Source of the DNA: Owenia fusiformis
Taxonomy: Eukaryota
DNA: 64,000 nt
Reading direction: 5' to 3'
NCBI GenBank assembly: GCA_903813345.2
Contig: CAIIXF020000001.1
Location: 4,712,001 to 4,776,000 of the forward strand
In this document: positions 53,272 to 64,000 of the stretch, in pieces
Layout of the letters: the number at the start of each line of letters is the position of its first letter
Numbering within the stretch: position 1 is the first letter of the stretch
The notes under the pieces: model-generated
Seen by the model: only the letters and a program-made list of their open reading frames with translations
Databases searched by the model: none
Told to the model about the DNA's origin: nothing
Program-made: the position numbers and the translations under genes

Positions 53272-56200
53272 TAGACTACGGCCCACTCTGATAATTGTAA
53301 CTCCTTCCTTACATGAAAGGTTACACATTCCAACCTATTTCAAACCATCTGTATGATTATACTGGACACTTTCTGGGTAGTTGGACTTTCTATAGGGGTG
53401 GCAGACGGCCCTCAGACCAATTTATACCCCTACCCCCAAAACACCATGGGGGTACTTTAATACCACCCAATAAAAAGAATACTAATGTATGTCAGATATT
53501 CATTGTTTTATATTGGGTAGGGCATGTTATGGTTAGCTAGTGCCAGAAATTTCCAATCTCTAACTTATATGGTTACCATAGAAACAGTATTTATATCTCG
53601 AAATATTCTCAATTTGACCCCCTCCCAAATGTGTCCCTTTGTTCTCAAAGTGAAATATTTGCAAATCTGTTTGGATTTTATGGCTGCTACTTTGTCAAAA
53701 ATTGTATCAATATGTATATTTTAACATTTAAACACTGAAAAGTGTTCATAATGATCCTATAAATCAATAATATTTATCAAATATAGTCACACATAGCTGC
53801 TTTCAGGGAAAAGTGGGCGTGGCACTTTTTGGTACGTGTGTACTTGTTGCAGCATTAAATGAAAAATACATATTATACTAACAACAATTGACATTTAATT
53901 AGCATCTACTTATGTTGTGTAACATTGTAATATGTTCATTATCATTATTAGACACTTTAAATATTTTATATAAGTGTTATCCTGACCCTTCCCTTTATCC
54001 CTACACCCTTCAAGGTGGGCATTACCAATCGTGTCAAGTTAACATTTCTGTTTGATTTATTTTTACCATAGACAAGGTTCAAAAGCTTTACCATGAGTAC
54101 TGACCTTATTAGGTGCTAAACTGATGAATGGATAGGTAGATGGCAGCACTTGTGCTGGTTGGACTACACGCTAGCATCTACCATAGACACATATTAATTT
54201 ACCATATTTGTTATTTTGGATTAAAGTAAAACTGCTTTCGCATCAAACTTAGTGAGATTCAGATTGTGTTTGAAACTAGATGATCTTCAGATTTTGTGTG
54301 AACCTTAAATTCATGACAATCAAAAGAATTCAACATTTAGGAAGTCAACATTAAGATTTTTAACATCATCTCAATGAGAATTTAGCACGACCTTAAGTTA
54401 AAGATCATAGAAAATTGAACATAATCAAAGTTCCTCAGTAGAACATTTAATCTCCTAAAATCACATTAAAACTATATCAGCAATATTTCCAAGCTAAATA
54501 GTATAAAAACTTCTATCACATCATTTGCAACGTTTTCATTATTCAATAGTTCAACCCTATATGAATTATTGATGATTTTAAAAGTGCAAGGAATCTAAAT
54601 GAATCAGGGAAGCCAGTGATATGTATTTGCCTTATTAATTGTTGACTTATACAATGAAATAGACTTAGATGCAAGTAGAAATGATCTTGCTTTACATCAT
54701 AAAAAATTCAAAATTCAGTCAAATAAGTGATATCATATTTGAAATCTTCATGAAGAATTACATTTCTTCATGCAATAAGTTAACCTTTTAGAGAGTAGTT
54801 GTGACTAATGTAATCATGCACTTATATAATTTGTCAGTAAAAGTTATTTATCCTATACTTAGTGTTATAGGTAAATAAAATGCATGAATATAATTGATAC
54901 TTAGGTGAGTGGGGATATACATGTACTGCATATCCCGCTTTATCCCATACTTGGTCGTGTTTCAGGTACATAAAGCAGGTTTTTAAAAACTTATATTTTC
55001 ATCAGCGGGCAGATATAGCTTTACATTCTGTTGCGAGCAGGCAGATATAGTATATCTGCCCCCTCCGTCATAATCGCCCTTTCGGGATAGTTCCAATATC
55101 CTGAACCTCATATAGGATAATCTCTATGTATCGCCAGGTTTATCGTCTGCTCAGTAATCCCCTGCAGGAATTTCATTCTGTGCAATTTCTCATATTTTCG
55201 TATATTAGTATATGATAAATAATTTTGGGTACAAGATATAACCCTTGGGAAATACAATATTCTACCCTCAACCCCTCTTGGAGGTATATTGTATTTCCCT
55301 CAGATATATTGTATTAATCCCTGTATTAAAAATTTCCCATTAATTAAACCTCATATATAATTCACACTATTTTAAATATGAATCAAAACCATGAATTAGT
55401 GATATCCATGTTTCTAACGAAAGCATGAATTTGAAAGAAACAAACATTCTACTCATATGGTATAAAGATATTACCAGTTGTATCCATTTTAGATTTGATT
55501 GAAGAACTTCATTAGAGGCAATTTTGAAATTACAATATATTAAAAGAGGCTCTGTTGCTTAGATGGGAGAATATTCTACCCTCAACCCCTCTTGGAGGTA
55601 TATTGTATTTCCCTCAGATATATTGTATTAATCCCTGTATTAAAAATTTCCCATTAATTAAACCTCATATATAATTCACACTATTTTAAATATGAATCAA
55701 AACCATGAATTAGTGATATCCATGTTTCTAACGAAAGCATGAATTTGAAAGAAACAAACATTCTACTCATATGGTATAAAGATATTACCAGTTGTATCCA
55801 TTTTAGATTTGATTGAAGAACTTCATTAGAGGCAATTTTGAAATTACAATATATTAAAAGAGGCTCTGTTGCTTAGATGGGAGAATCAATTAGCTGCATT
55901 GTTCAGTTTATGACAAAATTGATGTTTAGTGTTACTTTCATGAACACCCATCCTGTAAAATAGCATTTGGAATCTAGTAGTTTGTATATAGATGAATTAG
56001 ATAAGGCATTGTCGAGGAAAAAATATCCAACAAGATTACTAATTTGCTCATGAAATTAGGCATACTTTAACTTGAAACAATTTGTAACACTCAATTTTTG
56101 GGGTTTGGAGATCGAAGTAATAATGATGAAAAACAAGCAATTTTAAAATATTTATGTTTTACCCAAATTTTTAAAGATTTTTGTTAGCCTTTGTTTCGTC

Positions 56201-58513
56201 TGTTTTATTCTCAAATAAATCATGGTCACCAATTTTAAAATTAAATATTACTGGTTAGAGAATGTGATTTCTTACTTTAGGTTATATTTATATCCCGATT
56301 TATATGTATAATAATAATTGATGAAGACAAATAGAGATTATCCTCTATGAGGTTCGGGGTATTGGAATTATCCCGAGGCCAATATAATATATCTGGTCGA
56401 GGGTCGTAGGTCCCGAGGGAAGATATTTTCTATTGGCCAAAGGCCTTAGGTCCTGAGGGAAGATATATTATATTTGCCAAGGGATAATCCTAATAGCATG
56501 AACTGACTATAGGATTATCTGTTTATCCCATATCAATCTCTCTTATCTGGTTCACATTGTTCAATTGGCCAGAGTTAGAAAGAATACAACCACATGAATG
56601 TATTCATGACTAATTTTGTTTTCTTGGCCTTAGGAGGATTCTCCTGTTTTTTAAGTATTCATCCACATATTCTCGAATCATTGATTATTAACATATGTAT
56701 TAAGTATGCTACTTCCTTCATTGCTAATCATACACAAATGATGATTATGACTTAGTGGGCAGGTGTAATTTATCTGCCCTCTCAGGCAGGGACATTAGCT
56801 ATATCTGCCCGCTGATGAAAATATAAGTATTTATAAACCTGCTATATGTATCTGAAACATATCCAAGTATGGGACAAATGTATCCACTTTGATTTCATAC
56901 ACTAAACCGATTTGTTTAGGAATTATATGAAGTATTTCAAAAACATATACCGAACCACTATTGAAGGAATCATTGAAAATACAGCATATCAGAAACATGT
57001 GTAAATTGTTTATCTTGCAATTATTTTGCTAAATACTAATAGAAATTATACTGTACCTTCCAGAGGATAGCTTTTTTGTTAACTATGAGCCAATGAATGA
57101 ATGAATGCATTTTATTATAACTGCAAAATGATGCTCTATGCAATTCATACGAAAAATTAATTTTGCCATATTAGAATCAAGTATAATCTTTAATCCATTT
57201 GATAGATAGATCATGCATTGCCTGATGTTGAGGTATTGATAAAAGAATCAGCAAGTGTCTGACAAAATAGATTTTAGTGTTGTGTATTAGGCAAAATATT
57301 AGGAAGGGTATAAATGGTCTCCAATCTTTCTAGTTTTGAGTATTATGTCTTGTTGCTTTGATTCAAATTATCCTCGGTCACTATTTGTAACCCCTCCCTC
57401 CTTCCCCATTTAGGCCATGGATATGAAGATGTTTTAGAGGTTATGTGAAGGATACCAGGGAAGGGTTAATAGCCAGAGTTAAATTAGTTCATTTAATCAT
57501 AAATGTTATGCAATTCACACTAGCATCAAATATCATACCAAAAGGATTGAACTGTTCATTACTTTTCAATTGCAGTAAACATGGTAAAATGGTTCTTAAT
57601 ATTGAACATTGTTGAACAAGCATAGATGACTTGAATAGCTCTAGATGACTTGAACTTATCCATTCATATTCTAGGAACAAGTCAATGAATAAGTAAGACT
57701 TGACTCTTGAAAGGCTTAAAAGACCGAGGACCCTATAAGACTTAAACTAAAAGTTCATTTGACCATTGATGACCTATGATAGGGAAGGGTCAGGATAACA
57801 CTTATATAAAATATTTAAAGTGTCTAATAATGATAATGAACATATTACAATGTTACACAACATTAGTAGATGCTAATTAAATGTCAATTATTGTTAGGGT
57901 AATCTGCATTTTTCATTTAATGCTGCAACAAGCGCACAAGTACCAAAAAGTGCCACGCCCACTTTTCCCTGAAAGCAGCTATGTGTGACTATATTTGATA
58001 AATATTATTGATTTATAGGATCATTATATCAACTTTTAAGTGTTTTAGTGTTAATATAGACATAATATTACAAATTTTGACAAAGTAGCAGCCATAAAAT
58101 CCAAACAGATTTTGAAATATTTCACTTAGAGAACAAAGGGACACATTTGGGAGGGGGTCAAATTGAGAATATTTCGAGATATAAATACTGTTTCTATGGT
58201 AACCATATAAGTTAGAGATTGGAAATTTCTGGCACTTATTAACCATAACATGCCCTACCCAATATAAAACAATGAATATCTGACATGCATTAGTATTCTT
58301 TTTATTGGGTGGTATTAAAGTACCCCCATGGTTTTTTGGGGGTAGGGGTATTAATTGGTCTGAGGGCCGTCTGCCACCCCTATAGAAAGTCCAACTACCC
58401 AGAAAGTGTCCAGTATAATCATACAGATGGTTTGAAATAGGTTGGAATGTGTAACCTTTCATGTAAGGAAGGTTGCATTTCTAGAGCGCTTCTACAGAAT
58501 GGCTTACAGTCTA
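53272..58513. mobile_element. Non-autonomous long-TIR DNA transposon (Academ-like), copy 2 of tandem dimer
   Basis: Repeats copy 1 at a 5240-bp offset (identical ORF-track entries); shares TA at 53272-73; right flank TAG at 58514-16. Confidence 0.8.
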
Positions 58514-59533
58514 TAGCTAGAAATCAATTAAGGAAACTGATTATTGAGACAAATGTGTGATATAAAACCCGCTCTTAGGGTATAAAGTAGCAGTCATTTT
58601 ACAATCACCAGATCATTAGTTATGGAACTCGATGACAACATCAATTTATTTCAATAAACCGAGAGATACTTAGTTTCTAATTTGTAAAGCATTATGGTAA
58701 GTATTATGCATGGCATATTTGATGACAACTTGTTAATCAAGAATGATGATGCATATCAATCTGAAATAGACCTACTTAGATCAGTGTAACCCCCATTACC
58801 ATTACTCTGAATCTCAACATGAATGTGATAATAATTGTTAGTGACGTGAAGGACAATGTAAGAGATGTTTGCCCTTGTGAGATTGTCCCATAACCACTTT
58901 AAGCCAATGTACATGCATTGACATAACCACTTTAAGGCAAAGTACATATACATACATTGACAACATAGATTAATTTCAAGCCCTCATTTTCATCAATCCT
59001 TAACAAATCCCACATTCCACTTGTTATACATTTATAAGCACATGCAGAAAAACTAGTTTTTGTAGAATACCATTCCAGACTATACATACAGAAATGTAAA
59101 GGCATCCTACACTATTTATGTACCATTTAATACCTTATCCATTACAAATCACAACATTAGTACCATAACCTTATTTCTCATTAGTACCAAATTAACATAA
59201 GTACCAATTCTCATTAGTACCATTTCCTGACACCCTGCTGTATCTGAATAGCAATACTTACATAGAAGCGAATCACAGGGGTTGTTCCTATTTTCTAATA
59301 CAATATGGGAGACATTTAACAATTAAAAAATAAATTGGGACCATAACTAAACTGTAAATAAAACAGGGGTAAAAAAAATACTACCAAAAGCAGAAAATGT
59401 AAGTCAGTAATTAAAGCTATATGAGTAACTAGGATCATGCTATATGGGGCCCATTACAATAAAATTGCCCCTTTCAATTACTGTAATTTTAAAATGGGCA
59501 ACAGTGGGGGCATTGATAATATTATTGTCTTAC

Positions 59534-59644
59534 CTTGGGTATTTTGGATGGCTTCTGTGCAACAGGGGGCGCTGGCTTATGTGCGACTGGTGGGGGCTGT
59601 TTTGCAGGCTGGGGGGTAGGAGCTGCTGGGGCTGAAGGGTCCTT
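59534..59644 (-). CDS. scrib: Scribble proline-rich exon
   Basis: cttacAG acceptor and GTAAGA donor, 111 nt: KDPSAPAAPTPQPAKQPPPVAHKPAPPVAQKPSKIPK. Confidence 0.88.
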
Positions 59645-60958
59645 CTGTAAGTACAATATAATATCATATCAGTTTTACAGCTCTGTCAGAGTATGGCCTT
59701 ATACAAGAATTAAATGTCTGTTTAGCAGAGCCTGTCTACTCAGTTAATTCCCCTTAAGATATGGCTAAACACACAATTAACACATGGTGGCCTAACACAT
59801 ACATAATAATAAAATAATAAAAAGTTTCTTTCCTACTGATTCCTATGAAGTATTTTGGGTAATTTATATTTATGATGTTCTGTGTATTAGCCAGTTGGCA
59901 GAGAAACGTGTTTATATTTTAACATACATATCAGTATGGATGGAGATTCATAACAGCTTGACAAGGAGTCTTTCCATAATTAGGTTAAATAAGCAGCTCA
60001 CTTTTTAAAATATGAATTTTGAATTTACATTATGATCTTTATAAAATAATAAAATATTTTCAAGAAGTAAAAAATGAGGTTAGAAAATTGTAATTGTAAT
60101 GCATGATTTAATTCTATAATAATAACAAAAACTTGATATAATGTTAGTTGTTGGAATCAGTCCATGCGCAAACAAAATAAAAGATCAAAACATAATTTGC
60201 AAATATTGTTAGTAATTTCATGTAGAAGATTAATAAAATAACTTAAAATAAATATTGGGAATTAAAAGTTTGTCAAAATTATAATTATTTGCATTCCATG
60301 CATTCACCTGGAGATGTTTCTCCAGACTTGAAATATGCAATGAGTTGTAATATGCAACTGTATATGTATAGTGTTAATATAAATGTATTTACAGTGTTCA
60401 TGATATACTAACTTTTAAAAGCCTATTTAGTATTTTCCTAATTTGTGCTGTTAGTCTTTAAGCAGAACATATTGCCTACAATGTACTGTACTTAACTGTT
60501 ATGTTAACTTAGCTATAATATTGTATGCTGGATATAGTAGCATTATTATATAGATTATCTGAAACCTAAGAACAGGTCTGGAGCAACAAGACACATGTCC
60601 ATTAACTAGAAACAACTATATCCAGCAAACGTGACTGACTTGTTCTAATATAAGCTTGGTTAGCCTCTAAGCGAATCTAAACCTAGTTTTCTTAGACCTA
60701 CATCACTAAAATGTTTCACTAAAATCAAATCTTCATATCATATAGACCACTTCACCTAAAATATGCAAATATGACATCTATTATTGCAAGCATTAACATG
60801 CAACATGTTTATATGCAACATATAACACAGAACTACAGCTTAACATTAATATCTATTGCTCTGTTCAGCCTACATGCCAGCATACATGTAAATGGGCAGA
60901 AATACCATATTTGGAAAAACACCATATATGGATTTTACGAAGGCATGCTGACCATCAC

Positions 60959-61117
60959 CTTAAGAACTATGGGATATACAAAAGTGGGCTTCCACTCCTG
61001 GGATTTACGGACCCTCCTTGGTGGCGTGCCTTGACGTTGGCGGATTTTTTGCAGTCGCAATTTTTCCATTTCGACCTCGATTGCTTGAAGAATCAAATCT
61101 TCATCTTCGTCAGCAAA
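60959..61117 (-). CDS. scrib: Scribble exon (possibly alternative or terminal)
   Basis: ttcctgtAG acceptor; open in phase 0: FADEDEDLILQAIEVEMEKLRLQKIRQRQGTPPRRVRKSQEWKPTFVYPIVLK. The donor (AAG|GTGATG) is weak; read-through stops at 60935. Confidence 0.6.
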
Positions 61118-61973
61118 CTACAGGAATAAAAGCGTCTAAAACCCAGCCCCTTATTACAATAACAACAGAAATATACTACATCGATAAATATACAGAGATG
61201 TATTATAATGCTATATCATAAGCTAGAAGCACTAAAGAGCTAAAGTGACATAAGTTAAAATGACATAAGTTTTAAGATATTGTATAGAGGTTAAGTACAA
61301 AGGAAATAAAGTAATGAATCTGTAAAGGAAATTAAACATTAATAACACTAGAGAAGCACACCAACACCACATTAATTAGTGATTATTCACCAAACCACTT
61401 CAAATCCTATTCAAGATTTAGCCTTCAGAGAAAAACTCATTTTTCTTGCGGGTGAAATCAGATAGCGATCATGCCAAAATGATGAATGGCAAAAATCAAA
61501 GTGAATCAATGTGAATTGATCTATGTCAAGCATTACGCATTTTGGAAAATTAAAATTTGAAATGCATTGAATTTTGGTTTTCTCATTCATATTTTATTTT
61601 GATTAACATGAACACATCCGCTATCTACTTTTAAAAGAAGAGGAACTCGACATATTCAACATTTTACAGCAAAATAAAAATAGAGTTAGGCACACATTGT
61701 AAACATAATACAACTACAAATGTAACACAATAACAACTCTAAATTAATTTCAAATATCACTCAAAGCATAAAATTATGAATACAAACATGTAAGGCCTAA
61801 TGCAAGGATCTGAAGACAGAAATACATGGTTCACTTCTACTTTTCATGTAGAAAACCTTGATGCGACACAAATTGAGTGACACAAGTCATGTGATAATGT
61901 TGTCACCAGTTACTTAACAGCATATGTCATATCACGTGACACATGTTATGCGAGCCAAGCTGGTTGGACTTAC

Positions 61974-62156
61974 TGGGATGCTATCAGCGAAAGGAATATC
62001 ATCCAGACTGTTAAGACTGGCGATACTGTTGAGACTCTGAACACTATTCTCTTTAGTCAGCTGTTGAGTTTGTCGTTCTTGCTCCCTCCTCATTTGTTCA
62101 ATCTTTGCCAAATCTTCCTGTTCCCACATAGCAGCTTCCTGTAGGGTTTCTTGCTC
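61974..62156 (-). CDS. scrib: Scribble exon, post-PDZ coiled region
   Basis: TAG acceptor, GTAAGT donor, 183 nt, phase 0/0: EQETLQEAAMWEQEDLAKIEQMRREQERQ...DDIPFADSIP. Confidence 0.85.
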
Positions 62157-62828
62157 CTAAGATACAACATTAATTCTCCACAAATCATGTACACCAACAA
62201 CACTTAGCCCAAGCAATGTGATTGTGTGCAAAAAACTTAAGGTAGGCCAAAAATAATAGGGGGACTAAATCAAGGTGGTATTTTCCATATAGGACTCCAC
62301 ACAAAGTGCCCCATTAGGCCTACCTTAAGCCAATTTTTGTGAAATTTACCAACAACAGATAGTAATATTACAATAAACTCTTCATGCACAACATACTATT
62401 TAAGAAATATATAAATCCACAACCATCAAGCAACCCTTGTGGCATAACAGAGCCACCTACGTACAGACTTGTAGTATAACACAGTCTGTATTTGCTATAC
62501 TCATCCCATTTAGGACACAATTCGCAGGTGATTCAATCTCATAGTAATGCATTGCCAATGCATATTGCACACCTGTACAAATTAATCATTTAATAACCCT
62601 CACCACTGAAAAGCCATTTAAAATTGTCTATATCAAGTCTAGCACATAGATAGCCCCAAAAAATGAGGGAGTCATCTTTTCATTTAAAGGATTCAATCTC
62701 GGCCCCTCATAAAATGTATACATGTTACCTGTATACAAATAGATATTGTCGAAGTCTACTAATTTTCAGTTTTACATTAAACCTATAATTAGTCAACCCA
62801 ATATTTTTTGTTCATGACATAAATTTAC

Positions 62829-63113
62829 CTGTTTGACAATATCGAAGTCTGCATCATCTCTATCTATACTACTGATGGAGTCGAATCGTCCCTGAGAGTT
62901 CAAGCTAGGCCCAGTCCCCGTGGGGGACACCATATTGTGATGGCTAGGGTCAAAGCCGTCACACACCATGATTGTTAAGACGTCACCTACACTACGGAGT
63001 GCTCGCACTGCCTCCTGGTGGCTGGCACCTATCAGACTGGTGCCATTAACCTCCAGGATCCTCTGTCCAACCACCATACGGCCATCTTTACTTACAGCGC
63101 CACCTGGCTGGAT
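62829..63113 (-). CDS. scrib: Scribble exon, PDZ4 C-terminal half plus SISSIDR motif
   Basis: 285 nt, phase 0/0: IQPGGAVSKDGRMVVGQRILEVNGTSLIGASHQEAVRALRSVGDVLTIMVCDGFD...DSISSIDRDDADFDIVKQ. Confidence 0.95.
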
Positions 63114-63401
63114 CTAAAATGAATGCAGAGCTAAATACTGGTGATCAAATAAGAATATATAATCCAACATTTAACAATAAATCATTCGCTAAACCTTACT
63201 TATGCTTTCAATTGACGTCCCTAAGTTTTCTTTGTGACCCACAATCTGTAATATTTGGCATACTTGCTCTGGTAAATGTAGTTATGTTTATAAACATTAA
63301 ATATACATATTCCTGTAAAACGTTACATACATGATTGTTGATTTCCTACCTGAAGCATACTTAATACATTCGACGCATATCTTGTCTTTCCAATGTCTTA
63401 C

Positions 63402-63518
63402 CTTTGAGACAAATATTCCTTCATCAGCCTTGTTAGCAGGGTTGCCAGGTTGACTATGAAGTCCTCCCTTTATACTCATACCCAATTTTTCACCATTACC
63501 CTTGGGGATGTTCAACTC
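63402..63518 (-). CDS. scrib: Scribble exon, PDZ4 N-terminal half
   Basis: AG/GT bounded, 117 nt: ELNIPKGNGEKLGMSIKGGLHSQPGNPANKADEGIFVSK. The GNP..DEGIF.SK motif is typical of Scribble PDZ4. Confidence 0.95.
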
Positions 63519-63834
63519 CTGGAATAGCAGAGACATTATGATAACAGGGTAATTGCAAAATATGATTAAAAAGTATTGGGATCAAAGTATGACATTACGA
63601 TTTTCTGTGTTTTTTCAATTCATGAGAATTGAATGTAATTCTAGAATTTTGCAATGTGTTATACTAATCTCCTTTTAAGATTTTTTATAGTGGAGTGTGA
63701 TATTAACTTTTAAAACAAACGCGTCCAACAGTTAATATAAGCTCAAGGAAACTTAGACTGACCATTGGACCATATGTTAAACATATGTCTCTTGACACTA
63801 GAGTTTTCACATTTAAGGTTTGCTAAATACTTAC

Positions 63835-64000
63835 AGTAAGCCCTTTGGGAGGAGGGTCGTGTCTGACCAACAGCTTGATGTCATATGTTGGGGATATAAG
63901 AGCCATGACAGCCTCTTGATGGCTAGCATTAGTGACATCTTTCTCATTCACCTTCAACACACGATCCCCAACCTGCAGATTTACTTTTGAGGCTGCACCA
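63835..64000 (-). CDS. scrib: Scribble exon (5'-truncated by window edge), C-terminal half of PDZ3
   Basis: Translates GAASKVNLQVGDRVLKVNEKDVTNASHQEAVMALISPTYDIKLLVRHDPPPKGLT, resembling Scribble PDZ3 (..RVGDRILAVNG.DV..ATHQEAV.ALL..LLVRRDP.P.GL). Ends at GTAAGT donor, phase 0. Confidence 0.93.

Larger units (their letters stand above)
48032..53273. mobile_element. Non-autonomous long-TIR DNA transposon (Academ-like), copy 1 of tandem dimer
   Basis: TAGACT...AGTCTA ends; inverted arms of ~692 bp at 48063-48754 and 52541-53232; left flank TAG at 48029-31. Confidence 0.8.

Noticed and set aside
48073-58462. Four MKGYTFQPIS... ORFs
   Set aside because: They lie in the TIR arms, differ in frame and stop between arms, and show no recognisable domain.
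60308-60326. 19-nt candidate scrib microexon
   Set aside because: AAG acceptor and frame-shifting; just a short hairpin.

Overview
AT-rich metazoan (invertebrate-like) genomic DNA; almost all entries in the ORF track are spurious. The right half holds the 3' part of an intron-rich scribble (scrib, LAP/PDZ polarity) gene on the minus strand. About 13 coding exons could be spliced by hand in consistent phase, running from PDZ3/PDZ4 to a TGA at 33006, followed by a 3'-UTR intron and a poly(A) signal near 30595. Two scrib introns are expanded by large non-autonomous DNA elements. The first is a head-to-tail dimer (48032-58513) of a 5.24-kb element with about 692-bp TIRs, TAG...CTA ends and a single shared TA at the junction. 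The second is a ~9-kb CAG-ended element (37720-46675) that appears to carry its own promoter and spliced antisense exons. The left half is a mosaic of Tc1/mariner MITEs, a DD41D transposase relic, two CAC-ended MITEs with 5-bp TSDs (Transib-like), Kolobok-like palindromes and tandem arrays (70, 54 and 32 bp). It also has two promoter-like first-exon regions (~4.3 kb and ~24.5 kb). No intact transposase, RNA gene or CRISPR array was seen. All alignments were made by eye.
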